Counted from the whole stretch's first letter, positions 42,611-61,578 are shown. The stretch is 62,799 nucleotides of DNA, filler included, from Collodictyon triciliatum (GCA_043381765.1; 30 parts of 30 records of this genome joined end to end with filler, not necessarily neighbours in it), one strand, 5' to 3'. The notes: generated from the letters alone by a model not told the origin. Made by a program: numbers and translations.

Positions 42611-44142
42611 TGGAACCTGCTGAACCTGGAGAAAAGAAAAAGACAATATCACTCGTCAATGTAAACACGGAACTACAGTTTATAAAGGTAAATCTATGGG
42701 TTTATTTTATATTCCCTTCTCTGAGCAATCACGGTTGCAAACAAGAGGTTGGACCACATGATTTTTTTTTAAATGAAAAAACCTTTTCTACAGAATGTAG
42801 CCTGGTCACCGGATAAAAGCGACCCATTGCTGCTCGCGGTAGCCACGCAATCTGGAAAAATATCGTTGACATCATTTTCCACCACTTCGAAAATAGTAAA
42901 GGAGTTTGTTCCGCGGCCTGCGTATGACTATTTTATACTGTTTCCCATGAAATTCGTAGTAAATATAAAAAAGAAAGGTTGCTTAAATTAGTATAAAATG
43001 TTTTGGGGTCGCTATCTTAAGACTGAGTTAAAACTTTCAAAGATTATCATTCTAAACAGCATCTTGAATAAAATGGGGAAGAATTGATCTACTTTTTTTT
43101 TTCTTCTGAGTCCTAATTCAATAGCCGAACATGCAATGCCGTAGCTTGGAATCCCGTGAATCCGAATCAACTGGCTGCTGGTTATGAAAAAGCCAACCGA
43201 GACAACAGTGGCATGATTTGGGATATCAACCAGAAAGGTTTAGATGCCTTATTATAAATGCTGTATATTATTGATATATCCAGTTTAGCTCTTATCTCTC
43301 CCAAATTTCAAGAAAGTCTAGCCTAGCAATCTCCTCACACCATATTATAACAATAGATGACGGACAACAAAACCGTTTGAAACAGGTAGCTTATTTGTAT
43401 GAGTGTGTTTTCCTTTGTTTAATATCCATTTTTATTATAAAGGATATCGAAAACCTTTGAATTCGTGAATTTCTAATTATTCTTCAAATTATACAGGCAG
43501 CGAAATTCTCTGGGGCAGGAGATTTCATAGGCCAGCGTGACTTTGGAAGGTACATTCACACTTAAAATGAATTTTTGAATCGCAATTATCTTTTTTTAAA
43601 TATCTTCTGATATTTGAATTACCTGTTTTCTAATATGAAGTTAACAATATCATACATAAGGGTGAATGAATGATAAATACAATGCATTTAATTTTTTTTT
43701 TATTAAAATTTGTTCTGATTATTTTCTCTCAAAATATCTACATAAACACCAATCATATAAAATTAAAGGCTATCTTGTATGTTATTTTAAAGACATACTG
43801 AATCAAATCCCCATTGTATACTAATTGGTGATTGCATATCTCAGGGGAAATGTCGACATGAGTTTCAACATATCTTCTGACATATCCTCTGAAGCTATCA
43901 CGAAGCCTCATTTGGAATTTTCACCTTCAGATTCTATTGTAATACAAATAATATACCTTCAATGGAATATAGAGGAAAATTTGCAACACCAATACAGACT
44001 TTTATATTTAACACCAACCATTCCATCATCATATAAGCTGAGCTAATCAAAGATAATTTATCAAGGACATTTACAAGTCATTCCTTTTTTCCTTTATATC
44101 AATTCATTATCGCTTCAAATAGACATCTCTTGCCTGGGTCCC
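42611..44142 (+). CDS. MIOS: GATOR2 subunit MIOS/Sea4 WD40 region, internal fragment, multi-exon
   Basis: LQFIK|NVAW..LLLAVATQSGKISLTSF..KEFVPRPA|RTCNAVAWNP..LAAGYEK..MIWDI, and later KPHLEFSPSDSI|TSLAWVP. Confidence 0.85.
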
Positions 44143-44349
44143 NNNNNNNNNNNNNNNNNNNNNNNNNNNNNNNNNNNNNNNNNNNNTTAATTAATTAANN
44201 NNNNNNNNNNNNNNNNNNNNNNNNNNNNNNNNNNNNNNNNNNTATTTTTATTATTATTTTTATTATTATTTTTATTATTATTTTTATTATTATTTTTATT
44301 ATTATTTTTATTATTATTTTTATTATTATTATTTTTTTTTTATTTTTAT

Positions 44350-44414
<65 letters not shown>

Positions 44415-44417
44415 TAA

Positions 44418-44471
<54 letters not shown>

Positions 44472-44585
44472 TGATGTTGCTGCGAACTTTTTATCTTAGA
44501 TTGGTCATTCACAAATAGATTTTGTAGTTCAGGAGTGGATGATGACATAATATCGACAAACTTACTTGTAGGTGGTAAGGAACAC

Positions 44586-46081
44586 TTCACGAGGCATCCG
44601 AAGATACTCCTGCTCTACACCCATGTTGTGATAAGCGATCGCCATGCTCGAGGCGTTTGATGATGTCAGTGTCTGCGACTCGAGAAATGTCATGGCTTTT
44701 CGTGCGCAAGCGAGAGCTTCTTCGTGCCTGAGCATGGAAGAGTTTATGATGCACGTGTATATAGGGATGTATGATATAATAATGTTGTTATTTGTTCGTG
44801 TTTTTTTTTTTTTGAACCTTCCCAGTTGTGAAAGAATCGCACACATGTTCAATATTGTGCCTGCAGGATTCTCCACGTCTGTTATGTCAAGCATAGACTC
44901 AATCTCAATTGCATTCTTGACATATGTGTGTGCTTCTTGGAATTTCCCTTTCCTGTTTTGATGCATGTATTGAGAATAGTGTGAATAAATCGCCATTTTT
45001 TCCAACTCGATGGATTTTCTTTCCATAGAATCTGCTTTTGTTATTCAAATTTGCTCCTTTTTTTTTCATTTTTCTATTCTTTTGCTCAGAATCTGTAAAA
45101 GAAAAATAGCGATCCTAGTATGGTGCTGCTATAGTATATGCTATGTAATGTTACCGATTACATCATGTGAATGAATAAATTAAAAAAAAGGCAACGAAAC
45201 CCCATATTTTGACTAACTTTCGACAGAAACACGCCAAGTTATTGAGTGTGATGGCCCGGCAGCGTAGCCGAGATATATTTGATTGTTGACTCCATCCCTG
45301 ACCAGCGGTCAGCTGCTTTGCTCTTTTCAAATATTTGAGCGAATTTGGATAATCCCCTGATGTAAAGCAGAGAGGAAATTCGATTCGTGAATATACCAAC
45401 GTACTTTATCTCACAGTGACTCATTGATTTAAAGAAAGAATCGAAAAGGTACCTTGCTCAAGGAGAACCATTGCATGAGTGTTTGTCGTTTCAATAATCT
45501 TCTCCAGTGTGAGCCAGGATTCATCACTGCACGAGCCGAACACGTCTCCTTTCAACTGCAGTGTAAGCTCCAAGTATTTGATCCCTTCTTCGATGCGGCT
45601 CTACAATCATATTTACAAATAGGATTAGATATAAGAGAGCTAAATATGCCTCCGGGAAAGTCATTAAAAAAAAAAAACATCTCCCATTTCCTGAAAGGAT
45701 GTTACATAAGGAGTGATTTTGACGGCTTTACGTGCTCTTTTTATTTTATGACGACGAAAAATGCAGCGAAATGGTAAAACATATATATTTGTAATTGAGA
45801 ATAAATATAAAAGTTGATAAAGAAATTAAAGAAATACAACAACTGAACAGAAGAGGGAGAGAAAGATGGAATCGCAAAGTGTATGTAGCCGCTGAGGTAA
45901 TAATTGTGTAAAGAATATGGAAAAATAAAGGAACGAATAAAGGAGGAATAGAGAGAATGGCTTGGCGAGGTGTCGGATCGTCTTTTTCGTTGAGCGATGA
46001 GTCCTGAAGCAAGCAAAGAAGAGAAACCTCTGAGAGAAGTCTGGAGGCGATCTTCTCCGACGCTGCGATTTTCTTTTCCAT
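44586..46081 (-). CDS. Tetratricopeptide-repeat protein, multi-exon, partial
   Basis: AITLNNLACF, AGTILNMCAILSQLGR|HEEAL and AIAYHNMGVEQEYL TPR motifs with GT-AG junctions. Confidence 0.8.
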
Positions 46082-46316
46082 GTGCCTATAAAAGCTGCAT
46101 CGCGTGATTAGGGTGGCAGTCTTTTCTTTTCTTTTCTTTTCTTTTCTTTTCTTTTCTTTTCTTTTCTTTTCTTTTCTTTTCTTTTCTTTTCTTTTCTTTT
46201 CTTTTCTTTTCTTTTCNNNNNNNNNNNNNNNNNNNNNNNNNNNNNNNNNNNNNNNNNNNNTTAATTAATTAANNNNNNNNNNNNNNNNNNNNNNNNNNNN
46301 NNNNNNNNNNNNNNNN

Positions 46317-46398
<82 letters not shown>

Positions 46399-46402
<4 letters not shown>

Positions 46403-47900
46403 CTATTGCAGTGATTGATTGAGTAGCAGGTGTTTTAGCCTCATATGCGCTTCTTTTTCTTGGATAGGAAGCCGTTTCTCGCTGGGAGTCAAAAGAGTTT
46501 CGACAGCAGGTCTGCTCCCATAAACAGTACTTGAAGAGTAATTTGTTATTCCCGAAGCTTCAAGGTGCTCACTTTCTTCTTCAGTAGAGCATTCTAGGAG
46601 GGTGACAGGCTGGATGGACTGTTGTTCTTACAATTCAGAGTCTGGGATACCGTTTGTTATGGATTACACAGCATTAGCTGAAGAAGGAATCTCTTGAATG
46701 GACTCAGGAGCCATGCCATATAAGGTGGCTGGTGGGTGTGGTTTGCTGGGTGCCATTATGCTGATTCCCGATTCTGTTACCGAGTTGGATTGGGCTTCCC
46801 TTTCCTCGGCATCCTCTCCATGATTTGAAAGTGAATTTACTGAGATATCATCAGTCTAAGGGGATTGGTAATCTTTGAGGCTGGCAATGTTTTCACCGAT
46901 TCTTCGAAAAAGTGATTTCAATACTGACACTGCTTCCTCCGTGTTGATTGGCGAACTTGATGAAACACTTTCAAACAAATTGCCTAAGGATTCATCCATT
47001 TTTTTCCATATCCATTACTTGATTTTGGGGCCGTTCCTGAAGCTTTTCCTTGATTGAGACTCTGAGCACTCCACCCAAGGGTGTCTTGTCAAGATTTCTC
47101 CCTCTGTCGTTAGAAGGCGAAATGCCTTGCTTTTAGCCTTGTTGGTAGACTCTAGATAAGTTTTGGTAGCGCAATTAGTGATTACTTACCCAGTCTTCAG
47201 CGCTATGGTCGGCTACTGTTGTGTTGGAGCCCAAGAAGCGAGTGGTGGCGTTTTGTTTGTTAATGTTCACTTGTTTGGTCCAATTGGCTTGACAATTGTT
47301 TTTTTTTTTTTTTTTAATTTTTAAATTTTAATGGTTTGGCGTTGCGTATCATTCCCTCCTTCGTTGGGAGAGTCGGTGAGATGCCACACTCAAAGAGGGC
47401 GTATCTCAACACGACACCATCTCTCATGTATGTCAATGAAGAAGGTTTGCTTTTTCCATTTTTTCCCCGTTCTTCTTCAAATGTTACGAGTGCATCATTC
47501 ATGCATATTCCTCCAGGCTTTGTCCACTTGACTTTGATTGGGGTGATGTGCTCACTGCAACCTTCGAAAATGTGAGTCCAGTAGATGTCCAACGAGATTT
47601 GGATAAATGCATAGCGTTGATGAAATTTATTGCTGGAATGAGATTGTGTTGGTAGTCGAGAGCCGAAAAGGCCCCTCTTTAATGAAGACTTCCCCATTTC
47701 CTTTCTTAAGATGAGCGGTTTCGAGTACGAGGGCAGGATTGTCCACCATAAGTGTTATGTCCTATTCGTAGCGTTTTCGGGATTCATAACAGCCTGCAGT
47801 GAATTCGGCATATACGCTCGGTTCATGAAAGAATGGACTACTCATTACTTGCCTTGAAGAAAGACGAAACTATCATGACATTTGTTTTTTGGATACTTGA
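46399..47900 (-). mobile_element. Decayed LINE ORF1 copy
   Basis: Colinear nucleotide similarity to 58790-60260 (shared TPIKVxWTKPGGICMNDALVTF), with many stops and frameshifts. Confidence 0.88.
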
Positions 47901-48579
47901 TCCGAAGTAGAGCTTTTCCATTTTGCTGATTCCCCCACATATCAATAATAGGATGAATAAGACCTCAAACCATACTCGAAAATGCAGTGCCAATTGGTGC
48001 ATATGTTGCTGGCGGTCTCGCTCGTTATGTTTGGTGCTGGCCTCAAACCGAAGGCGGCTACACTCCGAATGGTGGACGCATTCATTGGGAGAATCTGTGT
48101 AGCATAATTACAACATATGTTGATCAAGTATCCACTCTGCACGACACCATAAGAACTCATACAATACGAAAGGCAAAGGGAAGGATGATGTTTATTCGAG
48201 AAGTGAGAGATTACCAGGCACTAGGCATAGGTATGGACACGTTGTATTTGTTTGTTGATATACCGCATTTCGATCTTTGAGAGTCTCGCANNNNNNNNNN
48301 NNNNNNNNNNNNNNNNNNNNNNNNNNNNNNNNNNTTAATTAATTAANNNNNNNNNNNNNNNNNNNNNNNNNNNNNNNNNNNNNNNNNNNNTCTTTCTCTC
48401 TTTCTTTCTCTCTTTCTTTCTCTCTTTCTTTCTCTCTTTCTTTCTCTCTTTCTTTCTCTCTTTCTTTCTCTCTTTCTTTCTCTCTTTCTCTCTTTCTTTC
48501 TCTCTTTCTTTCTCTCTTTCTTTCTCTCTTTTTCTCTCTTTTTCTCTCTTTTTTTCTCTTTTTCTCTCTTTCTCTCTTT

Positions 48580-50064
<1,485 letters not shown>

Positions 50065-50465
50065 GTCGTCTTCCTTGTCTGTTCTTTTCTCCTGCTCGCA
50101 AAGGGACCCGATCAAAGACTCTCTATGGCCTCCCAAGTAACACGCGATTCCAGTGTCTGAAGCGGCAGAGCAGTCCAAAAAGAAAAAAAAAAGAAGGGGG
50201 CGAGAATATTCTTAATGCTAGCGAATCAAACACTGCAACGAGCTAACTCTTTCGCACCGCCTTCTTGACGCTTTTTTTTTTTTTTACAAAAAAAAAAAAA
50301 AATCAAATAAAAGTAAATTAATCTTGAAAAATAACATAAGTTAGATTTGAATTTTTTTTTTTTTNNNNNNNNNNNNNNNNNNNNNNNNNNNNNNNNNNNN
50401 NNNNNNNNTTAATTAATTAANNNNNNNNNNNNNNNNNNNNNNNNNNNNNNNNNNNNNNNNNNNNA

Positions 50466-52437
50466 GAAAAAAGTGAATGCTTATCATGTCCAGCCGGTAC
50501 ATTCAACAATAAAACTGGCTCACACAATCAATCATCATGTATTTCATGTCCAAATGGAAGCTACAGCTCAGAAAGAAGCTCATCATGTAGTTTATGCTTA
50601 TCAGGATTCTATCAAAAAGAAGGAATCACAAAAGACTCACAATCATGCTACGCTTGTCCGAAAGGAACATTCAACTTGAACTCCGGCTCATATGGAAACA
50701 CATCATGCATACAATGTCCACAAGGGACTTGGAACGATAAAAATGGTCTAGCATCATGCACATCATGTCCAGCTGGGACATTCAACAAAAAAACTGGCTC
50801 ATTTGATGTATCATCGTGCATTTCATGTCCAAATGGAAGCTACAGCTCAGAGAGAAGCTCATCATGTAGTTTATGCTTATCAGGATTCTATCAAAAAGAG
50901 GGAATCACAAAAGACTCAAAATCATGTCATGCCTGTCCAATAGGCACATTCAACTCGAACTCTGGCTCATATGGAAACGTATCATGTATTGAATGTCCAC
51001 AAGGCACTTGGAATGATAAGGATGGTCAAGCGTCATGTACATCATGTCCAGCTGGTACATTCAACAATAAAACTGGTTCATTCAATCAATCGTCGTGTAT
51101 TTCATGTCCAAACGGAAGCTACAGCTCAGAGAGAAGCTCATCATGTAGTTTATGCTTATCAGGATTCTATCAAAAAGAGGGAATCACAAAAGATTCACAA
51201 TCATGCTATGCTTGTCCAAAAGGCACATTCAACTCTAATTCCGGCTCATATGGAAACACGTCATGCATACAATGTCCACAAGGCACTTGGAATGATAAGG
51301 ATGGTCAAGCATCATGCACAGCATGCCCAGCCGGTACATTCAACAATAAAACTGGCTCACTCAATCAATCATCGTGTATTTCATGTCTTAATGGGAGCTA
51401 TAGCTCAGAAAGAAGCTCATCGTGCAGTTCATGTCCTTCAGGATTCTATCAAAAAGAGGGAATATTAAAAGACTCAAGCTCATGCTATGAGTGTCCAAAA
51501 GGCACTTTCAACTCGAACTCCGGCTCATATGGAAACGCGTCATGCATACAATGTCCACAAGGGACTTGGAACGATAGAGATGGTCAAACATCATACACAT
51601 CATGTCCAGCTGGTACATTCAACAATAAAACTGGCTCACTCAATCAATCATCGTGTATTTCATGTCCAAATGGAAGCTATAGCTCAGCTGGAAGCGCACC
51701 ATGCAGCTTATGCTCATCAGGTTACTACCAAAAAGAGGGAATCACAAAAGATTCACAATCATGCTACGCTTGTCCAAAAGGCACATTCAACTCTAACTCC
51801 GGCTCATATGGCAACACATCATGTATCGAATGTCCACAAGGCACTTGGAATGACAAGGATGGTCAAGCATCATGCACATCATGTCCAGCTGGCACATTCA
51901 ACAACAAAACTGGCTCATTCGATGAATCATCGTGCATTCCATGTCCAAATGGAAGCTACAGTCCTGAAAGAAGCGCATCATGCAGCTTATGTTCATCAGG
52001 TTACTACCAAAAAGAAGGAATCTCAAAAGACTCACAATCATGTCATTCTTGTCCAAAAGGCTCATTCAACTCAAACTCCGGCTCTCATGGAAACAAATCA
52101 TGCATTAAATGCCCACAAGGGACTTGGAATGATAGAGATGGTCAAGCATCATGCACATCATGTACAGCTGGGACATTCAACAACAAAACTGGCTCATTTG
52201 ATGTATCATCGTGCATTCCATGTCCAAACGGAAGCTACTGCTCAGCTGGAAGCGCATCATGCAGCTTATGCTCATCAGGTTACTACCAAAAAGATGGAAT
52301 CACAAAAGACTCACAATCATGCTACGCTTGTCCAAAAGGCACATTCAACTCAAACTCCGGCTCATATGGAAACAAATCATGTATTGAATGTCCACAAGGT
52401 ACTTGGAATGATAGAGAGGGTCAAGCATCATGCACAT
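50466..52437 (+). CDS. Cysteine-rich tandem-repeat (GCC2/GCC3, ephrin-receptor-like) surface protein, internal fragment
   Basis: Frame open across the whole contig. CxxCPxGT(F/W/Y) repeats organised in a 279-nt (93-aa) unit, about 7 copies, with many N-x-S/T sequons. Confidence 0.88.
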
Positions 52438-52795
52438 NNNNNNNNNNNNNNNNNNNNNNNNNNNNNNNNNNNNNNNNNNNNTTAATTAATTAANNNNNNN
52501 NNNNNNNNNNNNNNNNNNNNNNNNNNNNNNNNNNNNNATTTTTTGTCTGCGGCTTCTTCATAAAAAAAAAAAAAAAAAAAAAATATTTATTTTATTTATC
52601 AAAAAAAAAAAAAAAAAAAGAGTGGAAACGCCAATAACGGCAAAAAGAAAGATCGTAAAGAACACGTAGGTAAACAGCACATTAAGCATAAACGAAATAA
52701 TACATTCAAGTGGAGCAAAATGCGGTAAAAAAAGTGTTTAATGGTTCGTATAATTCGATAACGCATCATAAACATTATTATTTTATGGAACTCAC

Positions 52796-54361
<1,566 letters not shown>

Positions 54362-54610
54362 CTTAGCAACAACACTGGAGTGTTAATGACCAGGACCAAG
54401 AAAGTAGATAGGATAATACATACATACATACATACATACATACATACATACATACATACATACATACATACATACATACATACATACATACATACATACA
54501 TACATACATANNNNNNNNNNNNNNNNNNNNNNNNNNNNNNNNNNNNNNNNNNNNTTAATTAATTAANNNNNNNNNNNNNNNNNNNNNNNNNNNNNNNNNN
54601 NNNNNNNNNN

Positions 54611-56522
54611 CGGCTGAGTTATGAAAAAATATTTTGTTCGGCCAATCAACAAGCAAGAGCAATTCTTGAGCTTGAAGAGCAAAGTTCACAGCGTTGGTGA
54701 CCTTCTCGAAGGCAATCATGAATGCATCTCCTTCGGTCTTCACCTCATATCCCTGGTTACGAAATTGGATATATTTGAGTGAATGGATAAAATTATATGT
54801 AAATATATTACAAATTAAAAGATGGACTTGTGAAATAAACTATCGATATAATTAATGACAGATGAGCACATAATCATGCATCTTCTTACCTTATTCCTTT
54901 TCATAACCTCTCTCATTGTTTCATTGTGAAGATTCAACACTGTCAACATCTCTTCAGGGTATTTATCCCAAAGGGAAGTATAGCTTTGAATATGGGTAAA
55001 AATGAGCGCGATGGTTCCTGTGGGTGCAACATCGTTCTGGACTCTGGACTTCCTCATAGAAGTGGAAAATGAAGTAAAAGACGAGGCAGCTTCTGGACTG
55101 TTGACAGCAATTTGCTTCAAAATGTCACCAAAGTTTGGCCTATCCGTCGGGTCTTGTGCCCAGCATTGTTCGGCGAGAAGCTGAAGAACGGGAATGGATT
55201 CGTGTGAAGGATGAAATTCTGGGCGCAACGAACCATCCGCCACACGCATGGCCACAGACTCGGCAAGTTCACCCTAGGAGATGAAAAAATCATTCGTTTT
55301 AAGAGAATATAGGTTCCATTCTTTTTATTGTTAATACAAACATTTCAACAACCAGCTAATCTCAAAGAAATAGTTTCTGAATGAAGAAATAATTGATTAA
55401 AATATACGTCGTAAGGTTCCTCTCTGCTCAAGACTTCCCAGATGATGATGCTAAAGCTGAATATGTCGGATTTGCCTGTGTACTCTTCTCCTTTGATAAC
55501 CTCTGGGGCCATCCAAAGAAGCGTCCCAGGTGGCGCAGCGTCCTTTTCACGGGTAGATTGCACGCCAGTAAGACCAAAGTCGCTGAATTTTTTTAATCAA
55601 TATGAATAATACCGAAAATTACAAAATAATTTTCTTCTCTTTATAACAAAAAAAAAAAAAACATCTCCGAATTCATCTTTTCAGATATCATATTAAACCT
55701 GATTTTACAGTTCCACTTATCGTCCAACTGCGATAAGATTCGAAATCGGTGCATGATTAAGTGGTTTGTATGTTAGTGATTGATTGGAATGTCTACATAC
55801 AATGAACATAATATTGCAAAAGAAATCACCAGCAAGTTAGGACTTTTTAAATCCTTGTGCAAGATTGGGGGGTTGGACATGTGCAGGTATTGAAGCCCTT
55901 TTTTAAAATATGTATTAATGATTATATGAAATGTTTGCAGAGCCACCCAGGCCACTATACTTTTATAAATCATTAAGATTGAAGTACCTTTCGCAGCATC
56001 TGTGATGAAGGAAATCCTCATGTCTTCGTCGAGTTCAATAGCACTGTCGTGCAGAATCTGATAAAAGAATCCGAGTGAATGGTACCATTAAATTATATTA
56101 TTGCGGGGCAAATTAAAATCGATTTAGAATCGCTCATCATTTTACATATTAACCCACATCATATAAACTTCCTCGGGTCATTAATTCGGATACGATACAC
56201 AAGTTCTCCGGTTCTACACAAGCAGCCATGTACAAGACAATATTAGGATGGCGAAGTTCCCTTATTATTTTTTTAAATATAACTTAGAATAACTTCGTCA
56301 CAAAATTAACCTAATATCACACGTATTTATGCATATGATAAAACATCTGAAGACGAAGCAAGTATCAAATAGAAATATATATATAGATAGGAAGGCAGAA
56401 AAGATTACTCACACCATGATTCCAACTTCGGCCTCAAATTCTCGAATCGCTGCTTTTGTCAGCTTCTTTGAAATTAGTTTTTTAATAGCTACATCTGAGC
56501 CTCTCCACTTGCCTATGAATAC
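54611..56522 (-). CDS. TKL kinase followed by a class III nucleotide cyclase domain, internal fragment, multi-exon
   Basis: VAIKK, LRHPNIV, HKDLKSPNLL, SDFG, GTLLWMAPE, CWAQDP, then APTGTIALIFTHIQ..LWD and GYEVKTEGDAFMIAF. Confidence 0.9.
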
Positions 56523-56684
56523 CTACAAAAATTATAGATTACTACCAATTTTTGTTTACTAAAAGACATATTAATGAACTAAAANNNNNNNNNNNNNNNN
56601 NNNNNNNNNNNNNNNNNNNNNNNNNNNNTTAATTAATTAANNNNNNNNNNNNNNNNNNNNNNNNNNNNNNNNNNNNNNNNNNNN

Positions 56685-56768
<84 letters not shown>

Positions 56769-57021
56769 CCGATTCACTTTAATGCCTCTGTAACGCATCC
56801 CAGAGTAGAATAATAATGATGATGGTAGAATGATTACGATACGACCAGAGATATTTGCAGTTTCTTTGGTACAGCTCAACATGATTGCGACTCTTGAGGT
56901 GCTTTAATTGAAGACCTTCTCTTTTGCGGCAAGAACGTTTTTTGTTTTTTGTTTTTTGTTTTTCTTGTTTTATTTTATTTTTTTAATTTATCGTATATGC
57001 GGATATTTTCAAGGTTTGAAG

Positions 57022-58420
<1,399 letters not shown>

Positions 58421-58613
58421 CTGTACAGATATCACACAGATTGAGTGAGGTCAGGTGATAACCTCATGCACACGAAAAAGATAGGGTTATTTTAGAAATT
58501 GAACCATGAGTTGGGGAAGTAAAAAAATTTATTCAAGAGAGGCGTAAAATGGATATGTGTATGCATTAAAAAAAAAGAAAGAGAAAAAAAAAAAAAAAAA
58601 AGGGGGGGGGGAG

Positions 58614-58656
<43 letters not shown>

Positions 58657-58756
58657 NNNNNNNNNNNNNNNNNNNNNNNNNNNNNNNNNNNNNNNNNNNN
58701 TTAATTAATTAANNNNNNNNNNNNNNNNNNNNNNNNNNNNNNNNNNNNNNNNNNNN

Positions 58757-60728
58757 CCACAATTATAAAAGTGCGATTGAGAACGGACTCTTCAAAGACG
58801 AAGACTGCTTTGTCCGCCTTCGGGGCAAGAAATGGCCGGTTCTCTCTTTCGCAAACCGTAGTAATATGTGCAAGCAACTGCGGGAGGTTATGGAAGCCCG
58901 AAAGTGCTACGAGAAGGACGTGACACTTATGGTGGACAGCCCTGCCCTCGGACTCAGGATCGCCTTCCCAAGAAAAGAAAACGCAGCCGCCTTCATTAAG
59001 GAGAGATCTTTCCAGCTCCTCAACCACCTTTATACCCCCATGCCAGCAAAAACTGTCACAAAGGTTGCGCACCTGTCTAACATACCGCTGGGGGTCAGCT
59101 GGACTGACATTTTCGAAGCCTGCAGTGAATACTTCACCCCAATCAAAGTCAACTGGACAAAGCCTGGAGGAATATGCATGAATGATGCACTCGTTACTTT
59201 TGACGAAGAACGGGAAAAAATGGGGAAAATACCTACCTTTGTCGTCATTCATGATAGACGCTGTGGCGTGGAGATACGCGCCCTCAAAGAGTCTGACATC
59301 CCATCAACTCTCCCCAACAAAGAAGGGTATGACACAAAAGGTCAAACCACAAAGAAGAACTGCTACTGCCAAGCCGATGTCCATCAATCAAGCGGCCACC
59401 AACAAACAAAACACCGCCACCCGCTTCTCAGGGGTTCAACACAAAAGAAACCGACTTCAGCGCTAAAGACTGACCAACCTTGCAGGAATCATCTGTGCAA
59501 AACAAGCCCAGAGCCCACAAACAAGGCCAAAGGCAACACGCGTTTCGTCTTCTAGCACCAGAGGGAGAAATCGTGACAAGACACCCGCACATGAAGTGCT
59601 CGAAGTCTCAATCAAGACAAAGGTTCAAGAGCGGCCCCAAAATCAAGAAACAGATATCGAAATGATGGACGAATCATCAGGCGATTTGCCCGAAAGTGCT
59701 TCATCAAGTTCGCCGATGAACATAGAGAAAGCAGTATCAATCGTGGAATGGCTTCGAAGTGGAGGAAACATCGCTAGTCTTTAAGATTTCCAACCTGCTC
59801 AAGCCGCTGATATCTCACCAAGCTCACCTTTAAACCATGGAGAGGACGCCGAGGAAAGGGAAACCCAAGCCAACTCGGTAACAGAATCGGGGAACAGCAT
59901 AATGGCACCCAGCAAACCACACCCGCCTACCTCCTTAGAGGGCATGGCTCCTGGGACCACTCAAGAGACTCTTTCTTCAGCAAGTACTGCGCAATCCATA
60001 ACAAACAACGTCCCAGACTCGGGATTGGAAGAACAACAGTCCATCCAACCTGTCGTCGTCATAGAAGGTTCTGCTGAGGAAGAAAGTGAGCACCTTGAAG
60101 CTTCGGGATCGACAAACTACTCCTCAAGTACTGTTTGTGGGAGCAGACCTGCTGTCGAAACTCTTGCGACTCCCCAGCGAGAAACGACTTCCTATCCAAG
60201 AAAAAGAACCGTAGACGAATATAAAACACCGGTTACTCATCCTGCAAACACTGGCGCACCAAAAAAGACCGAAACCGTCGAAGATAAAGCCTCGCCCGAG
60301 GAATAGAGAATGAATCAGTCAAGTACACCACCGAATATAGCGAGCCAGAGAGCAAGCCAGAATGAAAGTAGAAACATGGGCAACCCTGCCTACCGTGTGG
60401 ATTAGGGGAAAAATTGGAACCGAGGGTTTCTAGTGACCGACAGAGTGCATCTCCCAACACACCAGCTACAAAGGGGTTGCAGCCCAAAGTCCAAAACCAT
60501 CCGACAAATCCTGGCCGAACCGCGAGCAATTATACTAGCGGCCGAATGAAGGATAACTCGAGTAAACCATCCCACTCTGGGCAACCCAGCTCCAGCGGAG
60601 AGGACCAATCACCGGAGGCTACGGTCTCCAAAAGCCAATAGATTATTAATGCGTTTTAACGTTCTGTCGTGGAACGTTAGGGGGATTAACGACCCCCAAA
60701 AAAGAAAAGAGGCCCTAAACACTGCTCT
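58757..60728 (+). mobile_element. L1/Tx1-like LINE: decayed ORF1 (RRM-like plus S/T/P-rich) and start of ORF2 APE endonuclease
   Basis: ORF1 pieces broken by stops and frameshifts, ending TAG at 60641. ORF2 ATG at 60649 reads MRFNVLSWNVRGINDPQKRK, the APE motif I. Confidence 0.9.
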
Positions 60729-61520
60729 NNNNNNNNNNNNNNNNNNNNNNNNNNNNNNNNNNNNNNNNNNNNTTAATTAATTAANNNNNNNNNNNNNNNN
60801 NNNNNNNNNNNNNNNNNNNNNNNNNNNNTCTTTTTCTTTTTTCTTTTCTTTTTTCTTTTCTTTTTCTTTTTCTTTTTCTTTTTCTTTTTCTTTTTCTTTT
60901 TCTTTTTCTTTTTCTTTTTCTTTTTCCGTTTTCACATAAGGTGTTCCAGTGGATTGAGTTTGCTCAACGCGAATGGCCGCGGCTGACAGCGCACGGAGTC
61001 TATCCTGTTTGCTTTTTTATGCGTATTTTCGCGAAATTAAGATGCTTTTATTGATAGAATTTTGATTTTATGTGAAATCAGACATGCTCCAGAGAAAAAT
61101 AAACCAATAGTTTTACGTTGCATGCACATTTTGTCCTATTTTTTTTAACAAAGAAACAAAACAGATCAAAACAAAACAAAACAAAACAAAAATGGATATG
61201 TTTTATAACTCAAATTACATGTTTTGTAAAACTATTGGAGTAGAAACAAAGTTTACTCATCGAAGCGAACCTCGTATACAATCAACGCATAGGCCTTCAC
61301 GTATCTGCATGATTATCTGATTTCACGAGTCTATCTGGCAGATTCTCAGTTTTCAATTGCTGATGCAGTCGTATTTGACCTTGTTTATTCTGGATTCGTT
61401 AGATTTTCCACATCTATTTGTTAACATAAAGACACCATTATTATTTTATTAACAGAGAAATACATCTCTGGCAAATTCTTTATCGTTTAATCTTTACAGA
61501 AATTACTTTAACTATCTGTT

Positions 61521-61578
61521 AAATACAATATTCAAATTACTTTGAATCGAATAAAGGAAAAAAAAATACAATATTCAA
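61521..61578 (+). mobile_element. Ultra-short LINE-tail insertion with 15-bp TSD
   Basis: 28-nt insert 61536-61563 ATTACTTTGAATCGAATAAAGGAAAAAA between perfect AAATACAATATTCAA copies at 61521-61535 and 61564-61578. Confidence 0.92.

Noticed and set aside
47987-48280. 97-aa ORF with AGGLARY, loosely Crinkler/RHS-like
   Set aside because: The motif is too short to support an assignment.
50971-52485. His-rich alternative-frame ORFs (165 and 332 aa)
   Set aside because: By-product of the tandem Cys-rich repeat; broken by stops while the main frame stays open.
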